The translations under genes were made by a program, and so were the position numbers. From NCBI GenBank assembly GCA_016748015.1, contig JAAOMT010000197.1, forward strand, positions 425,605-489,604: a stretch of DNA of 64,000 nt, written 5' to 3'. Below the pieces are notes generated by a model. That model had not been told where the DNA came from. It made no database searches and worked only from the letters and a program-made list of their open reading frames with translations. Source of the stretch: Geosiphon pyriformis uo1. Taxonomy: Eukaryota; Fungi; Glomeromycota. Shown here piece by piece: positions 27,201-40,003 of the stretch (position 1 is its first letter; each line of letters begins with the position of its first letter).

Positions 27201-29176
27201 ATAAAAATAAAGCAAAACCAGATTTCAACAAAATTAAAAAAGTTAAAGACTTCTTAGTCCCAATTAATCTATAAAAACTAAGAGAATTCTTAGAACTGGT
27301 TAGATATTACCACAAATTTGTTAAAATTTTTTTGGATCATTCTATTATCTGCTGTTAAAACATGTTCTATACTTATGAAGAAAAAAACAGCAAAAAACTT
27401 TCAATTATTTTAAGCAATACTTAATAGAAGCACTAATATTGATTTATTCAAACTTTAATAAATGCTTTATTGTTATTATAAATGTCTCAAAAAATACACT
27501 AGAAGCTGTTTTATTACAAATTAAACTGAACAATTAAGAATACTTAATTGTTTACACCAGTTATAGTATTAGTACAGCAGAAAAAATATACAGTACAACA
27601 AATTTAGAATGTCTTACTATTTACTAGACAATACAAAATTGGAGATTATTTTCACCAATTATTTAATCTATATACAGATTACAAAAAACTTATTTGATTA
27701 TTTAACAAGTCACAACTAAAAAGAAAATATGCATAATAAAGTATTTATTTGCAACAATTTTTATACAAAATATATTATAAAAAAAGAACCAAGAACACTA
27801 ATGCTAACAGTTTGTTAAGAATAACACAAATTTAATTTCAGATTCATAAATACAACTATTTATCAGTAATTACACCAGTATTTATTAATATTACAGTTCA
27901 AAAAAAAATTATCTCAATAAAAACAAAGTGTTATATAGAAAAAAGCTTGTAATTACTTTATTCAAAACAACTAACTATATTTTTAAGAACACCAAAACCA
28001 TATTATTTTACAAAAAATTATAAAAAACTGAAAAAAAAACTGTTTTGTATAGTATGTATTCTATTCAACTACAAAACACTTTAACAAAAACATTACTCTA
28101 AAAAAGACAATAAATCTATACTATTGGCCAATAATATATAAAAATATCTTTGAATATATTATTAACTATAACTTATGTCAATAAAAAAAAAAGCCAGAAC
28201 AATAAAATCATTTTAACTCATTCTAGTAAAAAATTTCTTTAATAGAATTGAAATAAATTTGGTTGGACTTTTTTTCATTATCTTTAAAAAAAATTATTAT
28301 ATTATTATAGCTATAAACTACTTAATTAAATATCCTAAAATCAAAGCTATTTAAGTAGCAAATGCTAAAACAGTAGCCGAATTTGTACACCAAAATTTGA
28401 TTTGCTAACATAAATGTCTGAAAAAATTATTATTTGATTAACAAACTTATTTTATCAATAGTACATTAGTTGAATTAAGCCAACAATTTAAAATAAAATA
28501 ACCATTATTATTACCATATTATTTACAAATAAACAGACTGGTAAAAAGATTTAATCAAATATTATGTAAAGCATTAGCAAAAATAAATTATAAAAATACA
28601 TAAAAATAGGACTTATTTATATTTTCTGTATTATTTACATATTAAATATTAAAGCAAAATACTATTTAGTTTACATTATTTAAACTAATTTATGGAAGAA
28701 AAGCCACTCTATTTATTGAACAAAAAATACTTTTTTTCCTAACAAAAACAATTACCAAAAAGAATTTTGAAGCTACTTTATATTAAAAAACATATTAGCT
28801 TATAAAAATATTAGAAAACAATCATAAAATAGCAGCTAATAATATTAATAACACTCAAAAAAGACAAAAAAAAAGACATAACAATTACTTATTTAACTAA
28901 TCAATTAAATTTAAGATTAAAAACAAAGTATTGTTATATTGTATTAAAGTTAAGAAATAATGGAGTGAAAAGTTTGATTCAAAATAGAATAAACCATTTT
29001 ACATACACAAAGTTTTAGGCAATAGAACTTACAAATTATGATTAAAAAACAAAATTTTAAAAAAAGTAGCACATAAAAATTATCTAAAAATTTATTATAC
29101 TAATTAAAAATTATTGTTATTTATATTATAATTAAAAACACAAATTCCATTAATCAGACCAGAAAAAATATTACAA
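24281..29176 (+). pseudogene. Gypsy pol remnant: aspartic protease, Cys-rich insert, dUTPase, RT, RNase H, integrase
   Basis: Protease: IKLIFNSKFTNSIIT and RIITVDENTK. dUTPase near 25660-26060: FDLKYP...GIINIEYTKNIII. RT: RFCIDYQKFN, DLASGYWQI, VYLDNTNVF. Integrase: QINRLVKRFNQIL. Confidence 0.85.
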
Positions 29177-30216
29177 TGTTATCTGAATAGAAAAAAAACA
29201 AATTCAAAAGATATTAAAAAAACATAATTAGGAAATGTGATAATGTAAAAAAATGTGATAATGCAAAATAACACAAAATAACATATTATAACTCAAAATA
29301 ATACAAGATAACACAATAATGTAAAATAGTACAGAATAACTAACTGTAATATAAAATAACTAGTTACAGTATAAAAAAACAAAACAGCAACAGAAATAGT
29401 AAACAATAGCTAAAGATAACAAACAATTAAAAGACAATCTTGTAAAACTAGAAATATATATAAAAATAAGTAGTTTTAGCAGTAAAAAAAGAACAGAGAA
29501 AAACAGAGAAAAAATAATTAAATAAAAAATATATCCTTTATCTATATCTATTAAATTTACATTATTTATATATCTACTTTATTTCAAATAAAAAAACATT
29601 TAAAACAAAATAAACTATTTATTTATAATCCTTAAATCTTGTGTTTAAATCCAAATTACTCATTTTTTTATCTTTGTTTTTGACCAGATGCTTTTAACAT
29701 AAAAACACTTCAAACAAATAATAATTTAGATTAATTGTTCTTAATTATAGTAATTAATAATATTAATTTATTTATTTATTTTTATTTTATTTTTATTTTT
29801 TTTATTTTTTATTTTTCTTTTCCTTATTCTCTTATGGAACAGCAACATAAAAAAATCAATTATCTGGAAATAGACTTTATAATAACCTGCTAAAAGAAAA
29901 AAGCTTTTCTTAAAATTGAATATTAATATTATCTTATTAGTTTACCAGAAAAGCAAAAAGATATCACTAAATCTTACTGTACTTAACTAGCTTGAAGAAA
30001 ATAACTTATATATACAAGTTACAATACTATAAAATTATATCTTTATGCCTTATAACCAAAGAACTCTATAAGTAAATTTACATTTTTTAAGAGATTTTTA
30101 GAAACTGAAAATACTAACATACTACATGAACTTACAAAAAAAATTTTTAAGCTCTTCTTATCTAAATTTAGAACACCAAATATTACTATTATATTTTACC
30201 AAATTTACTCATAACA
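29177..30216 (+). mobile_element. Solo LTR, family B, inserted at the 3' end of pol of a same-family element
   Basis: Intact termini TGTTATC...CATAACA. Perfect TSD ACAA at 29173-29176 and 30217-30220. The pol tail ILQ|DLKPIIVI continues across it (compare PQDLEPIIII at 60.1 kb). Confidence 0.9.
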
Positions 30217-30269
30217 ACAAGATCTAAAACCAATTATTGTCATTAAAATATAGTCAATATATAACAATT

Positions 30270-30990
30270 TAATTGAAAACTTTAAATATATATAAAGACT
30301 AAAACATCAAAAAAAAAAGATAGTACTCTTAATATAGATTTTTTAAATCAAATTCTAAGACTTTTAAAACAACTATTTAAAGCAATTTAACAATTTACAA
30401 CACTAATAGAAATTACAATTGATAAAAAAAAGATACAATACAAAATTTACACAAAAAAAGGATAGATAAGAGTTCAACTAGAATTGAGTATTCTTATTCT
30501 TACAAACAATCAAAAAAAAAATATATAATTAAACAAATTTAACAAAATTAAGAGAGCTTTAAGTAGGCTAGTTTTAGAACCAATAATAGAAAACTAAACA
30601 CCAGAAATCTCCAAAACATGAAAAAAAAACTTTTATTAATATATTGGTTTTTTAAAATTGGTAAAAAACTCGACTTATTAACACTATACTTAAATATTAA
30701 TAAACAAACATTCAACAAAGAAGCTTTGAAACAAGTAAAAAAATTTATTAGAAGAAATAATTTGATACTACATTACAAAATGATATACTGATTGTATTCA
30801 GAATTCAAATATTGTTCAATAATACTATTAAACAGTTTACTAAAATTTATTACAATTAACAACATAAGATGAATAACAAATACACAGTTTGAAAATTTAC
30901 AAAAAGCAATACTTAATACAATAATTAAACATTATATCAAAAGAACAATTTTTACAGATACATATAATTTCACAAGAATTTAATTCTAAA
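30270..30990 (+). pseudogene. Decayed extra ORF (ORF3) between integrase and the 3' LTR
   Basis: Positional and sequence counterpart of 59419-60072, e.g. EQVKKFIRRNN and ITINNIR*ITNTQFENLQK versus QQLEHFVGKNN and ITSNQLGKITNTQFKELRT. Confidence 0.6.
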
Positions 30991-31002
30991 AAAAAGAAAT
31001 AA

Positions 31003-31980
31003 TGTTATCTAAATAGAAAAACCAATTCAAAAATATTGAAAAAATATGAATAAAAACATAATAATGCAAAATAATACAGAATAATATGTAATAACTTAGA
31101 ATAATACAAAATAATACACAATAATATAAAATAACTAGCCATAATATAAAATAACTAATTATAGTATAAAAAAATAAAGCAATAACAGAAATAGTAAGCA
31201 ATATTTAATAATAACAAGTAATCAAAAGCAATTTTGTAAAATTAAAAATATGTATAAAAATAAATAGTTTTAACAAAGAAAAAAAACAGACAGACAAATA
31301 AAAAAAACCTCTCAATATTTTTTTACTTATATTTTTTAGATTTACTTTATCTATATATCTATATTATTACAAATAAAAAAAATATTTAAAACCAAAAAAA
31401 TCACTTATATATAATTTATAAATTTTGTGTTTAAAACTAAATTAATTGTTTTCTTATCTTTATTTTCAGCCAGATACTTTTAACATAAAAATGTTTTAAA
31501 CAATAATAATTTGGATTAATTACTCTTAATTATAACAATTAACAATATTAATTTTTTTATTTTATTATATTTTATTTTTATTTTATTTATTTTATTTTTT
31601 TGTGGAATAGCAATATTATAAAATCAACTGTTTAAGAATAAACTTTGTAATAATCTAGTAAAAGAGAAAAGCTTTTTTTAGAATTGAATATTAATATTAT
31701 TTTGTTAGCTTATCAGAAAAGCAAAAAAACACTATTAGACCTTAGTAATTGTGTTTGACTAGCTCAAAAAAGATAGTTTATATACTTAAATTACAAACAG
31801 CCAAAACATTTCTCTGTGTCTTATAACTAAAGAACTCTATAAATAAAATTAGCAAAAATCTTTAAAAACTGATATTATTAATTCATTCCAAGTGTCTATA
31901 AAAAAACTCATCAAGCTCTTTTTATCTAAATTTAAAACACCAAACATTATCACAATACTCTAATAAGTTTACTTATAATA
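31003..31980 (+). repeat. 3' LTR of the family B gypsy element, preceded by a decayed PPT (AAAAGAAATAA)
   Basis: TGTTATCT...CTTATAATA, collinear with 13327-14345. Confidence 0.88.
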
Positions 31981-33409
31981 GTAACCACCAAAAACAATTT
32001 TTTATTATTAATATCTAAAAAAAAAGCTTTTAAGACATTCTGTTTAACAACTTTTACAACAAAAAGAATCTTTCTGGTTGAAATTTTATTAAGTATTTTA
32101 GAAAAAATAACAGATATAGCTTTTTTATTCTTTGTTCTAATTATGATCATAAAATTAAAAAGATAAAAAGTTTTTTTTAATTTAAAAAATAATTAATAAA
32201 AAACAATTAAATAAAATTTTATAAAAGTATTTTTAAATATTATAAATATAGAATAATTTTTGGTTATTTTAAAATGATTTTTTTCTTTTTAGTTAAAGTT
32301 TTATTTATTAATATATTAAAAATAATAAAAAAAAAATAATAATAATAATAATATTAAAAAGATTAAAAATTTTTATATTATGTAATTCAAAAAATTAAAT
32401 TAAAATCATAATTAAACTTGTTTTATTTTTTAAGTTATTTATTTTAATTATTGTTAAAAATATGTAATTATTATTTTTAAGTTTTAAAAATTCTTAAGAT
32501 TATAATTATTTAAAATTAAAATTCCAAAAAAAAATTACATTTTAATAAAAAATATTTGTAAATTAAGATTGTTTATTATGTTTAAAATTATTATAAACTC
32601 GTTTATAAATCTAATTTTTTATACTTAAATTACTGTTTAATTAATTGTGTTTTATTCTATAATACTTTATAAAAATCTTAAATTATTTAATAATTTTATA
32701 TGCTTAAAATAATATAACTTTAAACAAAAAAAGCTATTTTGTTTCTTAATTTTATGTAATTTTAAGATAAGTTTGGATGGTTTATTATATGTAAAAAGTG
32801 CATATTATAAATATGCAATTTATAATAATAAAATATGATACATATTTTATATAAATTTTAGTTTATTCAAAATCATAACAAATTTGATTTTGTAAAAGAT
32901 TATTGGTTCGTCTTAGCAAAATAGACTTTTCAAGTTTGAGTTTCAAACTTTATTATATTTTAAATTCAATGTTATCTTTAAATAATCAAATTTCAAAACT
33001 AAGAGATCGATATTGAAAGACTTGCAAAATGTACTACACATATAATTATATTAATACAAAGGAATTCTTGAAAATTTTCTTCAATCCTGTGTTGCGGGTT
33101 AAATCAAGAATAATTAATAACATGAAGTAATAAACTGAAGAAAGATGATTGATTGTAATGAATGGCAGTCTCTTTTCACTTTCTCCCTTCCTATTCGTTC
33201 CTTTATAACAACTGGGTTGTCCGCGTTCATTTACCATCCTTTCTACGACTAAAGGAAGGCCAAAAATGACGGGATTTATGTGTTTCTTTAGGAGTTTCTT
33301 CTAATTTGCATATCAACAAGTTCGTGTGTGGTAGGAAAATTAAGGAAAAGAAATGTAAATTCATTTATCAACAATATAATTTATATAATAGTAGCATCTA
33401 ATAATAAGT

Positions 33410-34257
33410 CTATCTATAATAATAACGGGTACCTAATGGGTCATCAACTATATCTTGGTATGAGTATTGAGAAGCACGAGAATTCTGTTGTTGCCATTGC
33501 TGATTTGGAAAATTCTGATATGGGTGGGAATCATGATGCATTGTCTGGCGAATTCGTTCTTGTTCAGCAGCTTGTCTTTGTCGCTGTAATCTCTCTTCTT
33601 GCGCTAATCTCTGTTGCTGTGAATACATTTGGGACTGTTGTTGATAGGTTTGTTCCGGATACGTTCTTTGTTGTGGTTGTTGTTGTTGTTGCTGTTGTTG
33701 CTGATATTGTTGTTGTTGTTGTTGCTGTTGCTGATGAGGTGGATAATGAAGGCTACCTTCTTGAATTTGTATCCTTGTACCTGTTCGTGGGGTATTTTCT
33801 AACATCTGTGGTGACCCATTAACGGTGACTTGTCTCGTACCATCCGCTGACTCAGTAATGGTCGTGACATTTCCCTAAATATGATTAAGATCATGTCAAT
33901 TATTCTGTATTAAATGCAATCTTCAATTCGGGAAACAATGAAATTTTTCAACTTACCTGAGCATCTCTTTGGGTAGTAGTAGTGGTTTTCACGCCATTAA
34001 CAATTCTTGTTGTTGTTGATTGTGAAACAATTCCTCCTTGACCACCACCACTCCCACCGAATGAACTTGATGAAAACGAGAATGAGGATGAAGATCCTCC
34101 TCCAGGTCCAAAACTCGAAAAAAATGGATCATTATCGAAACCAAATCCTCGTCTTTCTCCCATCGATCTTGTTTGGGATCCCGCGAAAGAGCCAGGAAAG
34201 AAAAAAGGATCGTCAAACCTCCCTCCACCTAAAAGTTATTTTTTTCCATTTAATATT

Positions 34258-34310
<53 letters not shown>

Positions 34311-34857
34311 GAAACAAAAGTCTTTAAAGAAAAATCGGCAAATACCAAAGAAGCTTGCAAAGGGATTACTGGCGCCAAAAAATTGTTGAAATATTTCTTC
34401 GGGAGAATGGAACGGTCTAAAACTTGAATTCTCAAAGCCTCCACCGTTTTTCAATCCATCTTCCCCATATTCATCATATATTTGGCGTTTTTCAGCTAAT
34501 TAAAGATTAAAAATCAGATCTATTAAAAAATAGAATTTCAAATAGAATTTTATATATTAAAATACTATTATTAGCTTACTGTCACTTAAAATCTCGTATG
34601 CTTCGGCGATCAATTTGAATCTCGCTTCCGCCTCCTCACGGCGGTCAACGTTCTTGTCTGGATGCCAAGCAAGTGCTTTTGAAAAAGAGAAGAAGGGTTA
34701 AAAAAGTTGACAAACTCGATAGTTGAACCTTGTGTGGAAAAAGAAAACTGCACTCTTTTGTATAAGTACCTTGTTTACGATAAGCTTTGCGGATGTCTTC
34801 TTCAGTCGCATCAATAGTAATGCCTAAAACCTCATAATAAGTACTTTTCGCTTCCAT
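33410..34857 (-). CDS. Class B J-domain co-chaperone, DNAJB6/DNAJB8-like, ~356 aa, 5 exons (34857-34770, 34675-34580, 34495-34346, 34228-33957, 33874-33410)
   Basis: The spliced model with GT-AG introns stays in frame. J-domain YYEVLG...ALAWHPDKN...AEAYEILSD...RQIYDEYG, then a G/F region, an S/T-rich [12 protein letters not shown] segment, a C-terminal domain [16 protein letters not shown]...VTVNG, and a Q-rich tail. Confidence 0.92.
34261..34310. repeat. (TTA)n microsatellite in intron 3 of the J-protein gene
   Basis: Seen directly. Confidence 0.95.
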
Positions 34858-35207
34858 TTTTTTTTTAAAAGAGATAATAATGAACAATTATGATTCTTAA
34901 AGTTGGTGAGTTTTATCTATTTTATTGTTTCCCAGATTGGTTGGATTATACAATATAGTTTAATTCTTTTCTGTAATGTGATTCAAACTTATTGGGTATA
35001 GTTGAAGCTCAGAGAAAGATCTAGAGGATTCTCAAAGTTGCTCTTTTGATTACAAAACTTTTTGTTATTTCTGGTTAATAGTGACGTAGTAGTAGTATAT
35101 ATGTCGCTGGATAAAAGATAACTAGTTTTAGTTAAAGAAATGAGAAGTCTATATAAGAACTGGAAGTTTTGTGAGTAGCTTTTACTTTTCAATGTAAATT
35201 GGCTTTA

Positions 35208-35209
<2 letters not shown>

Positions 35210-35261
<52 letters not shown>
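35210..35261. repeat. Poly(T) tract (~52 nt) upstream of the J-protein gene
   Basis: Seen directly. Confidence 0.95.
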
Positions 35262-36387
35262 CCTTTAACCATTGTTTAGCACCAAAGATAGTATCAAGAA
35301 AATTGGAGTCAATTGAAAAGAACATTATAATTACACGGTAGATTTTTTGTTAAATTATAATCGTTTATAGCTCTTTGAACATATCTCTTTCATTCCTAAC
35401 TTTTCTCTTTGAATATCAAACTTTACACATCATTATTGATGTTCAATTAATTGAACGCCATACCTCGAAACATTTTTATTATTAGCACAACTACTTTTCT
35501 TCTAAGTTAAAATCCATATCTTTTTCTTCTAAATCTTCTCTATGATACAACAATAACCGAATAGACTTGAGTGAATTGAATCTTAAAATCTTTTTCCTTT
35601 GAGCAGCCAATTCTTAAATTCAAAACCTTTTTTTTCTTTATACTGATCTTTTGTAATAATAATAACATGGTCTTTGGGAACTTTATACATCTTGAATCGA
35701 GAAATTATCTAATGATGAAACCAATATTTTCATGAAGGTGATTTCAAATCCTTTTTCACACTTGATAATGACTTTTTTAATCAAAAAAAAAAATTGTTCT
35801 CTTTGAATATATCGATAAATTTCCAAACTAAAGAAAATAAACAAAAATAATGCTAATATATCTCGTAAAATTCTTCTCTAAATAGATTATACATAACAGA
35901 ACACATCTCAATAAAGATAGAAGCGTTGCCGAACCTTTCAAAATGAAAAGTTTCTTTAAATGGAAAAAAAAATCAATGATTAATTTCATTCTCCTGATAA
36001 AAATTTTCCTCATCTTTCAATTTGAATAAGAAAAAACATTCACAAGTTTTCTTACTTCGTACCCAAAGTTTAAGAAATCATTGAGTCTCTTTAATATTCG
36101 CATTAAAATCGAAACATTGCGAGAAATTAATCATCATCTCGTTATCCTGTACGATATAGAATATATTATTTCTTTCCAATTTAGTCACGCGCCAAAAAAT
36201 CTCCGAATTCAACCTAACATGGCATAGATCTACATTTCCTATCGCAAAAATCTTGAGTGACACCAGAATAAACATTAACATGTTTTCTCACAAAAAATCC
36301 CTAAAACATCTTTCATTTTATATATATTTTAATATTTGTGATATTTTTTTTTGCTTCGTTGGTAGGTACCTTCAGTTTTTTTATCAA

Positions 36388-36388
36388 T

Positions 36389-36423
<35 letters not shown>
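36388..36423. repeat. (GATA)n microsatellite
   Basis: Seen directly. Confidence 0.95.
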
Positions 36424-36424
<1 letters not shown>

Positions 36425-37204
36425 GTAGATAGGTAAGCAGATAAAGAGAACTAGATTAGGTTAAGGTTGAGAAAAGCTAACTAGCTACTAAAAATGGAAT
36501 ATACATATATATACATTCCTCTTCAATCTCTTAAAACAATTCCTTTCTTTTTTGTGGCAAAGGTTGGGAAAATGCTCTTTCATAACTCTGAAAAAAAAAA
36601 CAAATAACCAACAACAAAAAAGTAAATAGATGAGAGAGGGTGTCTGTATGTGCAGAATATAAAAAAAAAAGGCCGGTTGTATGAGATATACCCAAGTGTA
36701 AAAAAAAAAGGAGGGAGATACGTGGGAGGATAATAAACTATATATATATATTTATATATGTATATATATACTTTTGGTAATTTCGCTAAATATGTATTTT
36801 TTGTATTGTCGTATGTACGGGGAAGGGAGTAATAAAAAAAATTTTTTGTTGTTTGTCCCTAAGGAAAAAATAACGATGTGTAGTTGAAAAAATTGTTCAT
36901 TTTTTTCCTCTACCCTTTTTAGGAAAATAGTTAATTGTCCCTCCAAGAAAATAAAAATAAAAACAGAAATCTTTGAAAAGTACCTCAACATGAGGTCTTC
37001 CAAATAAAGAATAATAATTGTAGATGACGAAATGCAAACCCGACTGTTCATTTTTCCTTTTTCAAATAATGGTATGTTGGTTGATCTACTTACTAGCTTT
37101 TTTTCTACGCACACAGACAGACATACACTCGGCAAACTTTTTGTGTTCCAATCAATTCAAAACATTAGAAGCATCCACCCACCTGTCAATCCATCATCGA
37201 CATA

Positions 37205-39484
37205 CTACTTATAATACATTTTGCTTTTTAACTCTAACCAAGGTAAGGCTGCCTCCAACGCTTCTTCCTCAAACATCTCCTCACAAATTTCTTGACAAGT
37301 TCGATAAAATTCGGTTACGTTGCCTCTATTTGAGGTCAACAATTCTTTATATCTCGGCTCATGAAGTTTCTTTAGAATGTAAGCGAATCGCATGTCTCGT
37401 AGGGTCCCAAAAGCTACAGGAATTTTGTGTGCTTGTTTTAATTCCGCGACAAAATCTTCAAACTTTAGCACAGGTTGCGCTGGTGGATGACGGGCCAAAT
37501 TAAGGTGTTTGCGTCGGTCATTTTCTTGAGCCACAACGTTCAAGACACAATCTACTCTAGAGTGAACTTCTTCAATGGTGGACATACTAAGTTTGGGTGC
37601 TTTTACACGTTGCTTGACATTATTATTGTTGCCAACATTAGAATTATTGATGTGGTGAGGTTGGGAATGATTTTGATTTATCAAGAGTTGTTTATGATGA
37701 TTATTATCATGATTAGGTTGTTGTTGTTGTTGTTGATGATGATGATGATGATGATGATGATCATGCTCTTGTGAACAACTAGATATTGTCGAGGCAGCAC
37801 TATCGTCTTTATCACCCAAATCCAATTTTGCTCTTTTAACTCTTGGAACTTGTGATAGATGATGCATAAGGTGGTGATCGATGCGTAGATTAGGAGGAGG
37901 GGGGGAATAGGAAGCGGTGGAAGCGGTAGAATATGATTTCGGTGTATGTACCATTGACGAAACATTGAGCCTTTGATGTTCCTGAATACCATGCCAGAGC
38001 AATAAACAATTGCCTATGCTAAGATCTGACCCATTTTTACTTCGTAAATCTCGTAAAAACTTTTCATTATCGATTAAAAGTAATATTTCCGGGTCGTCTA
38101 TATCATTGTCAAGAAGTACTGGCAAAATCGTGGTCAAACGCGTTGGTGACATGGCGGGAAATTCCATCAGTAATTTTTTCAAAGATTCTAGCGGTGTTAA
38201 AATATGATCATAATCCTATTATCAGATAATAATATAAATATTTATTAGTGACAAGAGTAAAAAAAAAATAGAATTTAGTCAAAATAAATATTCGATTTAA
38301 TTGTGCAAAAAAAAAAAAAATTTCCCAATACATGAAATTTTTTTTTTTTTACAAAAAACAAGGGAAAAGTTCCTTAAACATGCCTCACATCTGCTACTCG
38401 CAGAATCAATCAGCATACTGTCACCATATTCTTCCTCAGATCTGGAATCATCATGATTGTGCAACGAAGTAGGAGAATCTATGGGGGTTCTATAAGAATA
38501 ATGTGGCGGGGTGTGCTGTTGTTGCATAATCGGTTGTTGTGTTTGTAATTGATGAGGTTGTTGCTTTCGCTTTTTCTTATTGCCACCGTTCTTCTTTGAA
38601 CCTACACTACCATTATTAACACTCTGATTGCTGTTATTGTTAGATAAATGATGGTGGTGATGGTGGTGGGGATTATTTTGTTGATGAGATGATTGATATG
38701 ATGATGAATAATGATGATGATGGTGAAAGGTAGTTGTGTTCACAGAAGGTTGTTGTTGATGAATCATGGCCGTATTTTCTAACGGTTTTGGATCAATGTC
38801 CATAGCAGAATCCGACCTAACAGCAATTTGTGGAGAGGACAAGGGTGTATTCACTGAAGGTTGTCCTGCTGCAGATGCATTAGGACAAAATCGTTCAAAT
38901 ATAAAAGTTATAGGCTGTTGTTGAAATTGTGGTGGTTGTGAAAATGATTGTTGTTGTTGTTGTTGTTGAGAAGATGGGTGTGCCGGTGAAGAAATGTTTG
39001 AAGGTGGAGGTGAGGGTGAAGAATTTTGGTTAGCAGGTAGATTTCCAATGTTTTGGTGAGCATGGTGACTATTTGAAGAGTGATGGTGAGAGTGGTGATG
39101 ATGGTGGGGACTTTGATGAGCGTGTGAATGAATTGGCTCACCAAGAATACCACTATTAATACTCGCAACATTACTAGTGTTCGGACCTAAACCAAGAACT
39201 GAAGGTCCAAGTGGTGGTAAATTAACGGGGTTACCTAAAATGGGAGTTGTATTATTCGTTGCGGGGTGCACAAGTTCAGAACTAACGTGTAATGATGTTG
39301 TCGTGGTTGTCGTCTGTTGCTGGTGTTGAGCAAGAGAGGAGGAGGAGGAGGAGGAGGAGGAGGAGGAAGAGGAAGAAGACGATGACGACGTAGTGGTAAT
39401 ATGTGCTGGAGAGGTACGTTGAGATTTGTGATGGACCGAATCTTCAACTACCAAAGTGACATTGCTGTTGTTGTTGCTCTCCAT
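37205..39484 (-). CDS. Hypothetical protein, ~703 aa, S/H/Q/N-rich, with a SAM-like domain and an unknown helical C-terminal domain; 2 exons (39484-38384, 38215-37205)
   Basis: Two long ORFs join in phase 0 through an AG|GCATGT donor and a TAATAG|GAT acceptor, with a CTAAT branch-like site upstream of the acceptor. LLDNDIDDPEILLLIDNEKFLRDL..LSIGNCLLL resembles a SAM fold. Confidence 0.8.
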
Positions 39485-39957
39485 TTCACTACTGTGCTAC
39501 TCGCAACCCGAGAGTGTCGCGAAAACACAAAGAGAAGCGAAGAAGCGAAAACAGAAGTGAACAAACAAACCGTCAAAAAAAAAGGAAGAACGGCGAAAGA
39601 GAAGCAAAACTACGCAAGAACTTCAACTACGCCGATGATACCGTTTTTATACTCTACGCCAAAATGAAAACCTGGGGAAGAAAGGAACAAGAAAACAAAA
39701 AAGAAAAAAAACCGAAAGGTTTTTTCAAACGACTGACTGAAGGATGAGCGCAGTTAATAGTTTTAACTACCAATACTAGAAGTAGTAATAGGAATATTAA
39801 TAGTAATAAAATTTTGGGATATAATAATAGAAAAAAATCTCAAAAAGAGAAAAAATTTCTCAAAATTGTTTAAATTCAGCCTCTTTATTTGTGCGTGTGT
39901 ATATGTATGGATTGTCTGAGAGTGAGGATGTGTGTGAGTGTGTGAGTTTACGAGGGT

Positions 39958-39959
<2 letters not shown>

Positions 39960-39992
<33 letters not shown>

Positions 39993-40003
39993 GTGTGTGT
40001 GTG
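39960..40003. repeat. (GT)n microsatellite upstream of the SAM-like gene
   Basis: Seen directly. Confidence 0.95.

Larger units (their letters stand above)
13327..31980 (+). mobile_element. Full-length decayed Ty3/gypsy element (family B): LTR-PBS-gag-PR-Cys-rich region-dUTPase-RT-RH-IN-ORF3-PPT-LTR, with a nested LINE and solo LTRs
   Basis: Paired LTRs at 13327-14345 and 31003-31980. Flanks ATGG and GTAA are compatible with a decayed GTGG 4-bp TSD. Domain order is PR-RT-RH-IN. Confidence 0.88.

Noticed and set aside
29177-30216. As the 3' LTR of the element starting at 13327
   Set aside because: It has its own ACAA TSD, lacks a PPT, and pol/ORF3 continue after it. The true 3' LTR is 31003-31980.
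33328-33822. 164-aa Val-rich plus-strand ORF, and similar antisense ORFs at 34007, 37024, 37475 and 39401
   Set aside because: These are antisense shadows of low-complexity exons, UTRs or microsatellites of the minus-strand genes.
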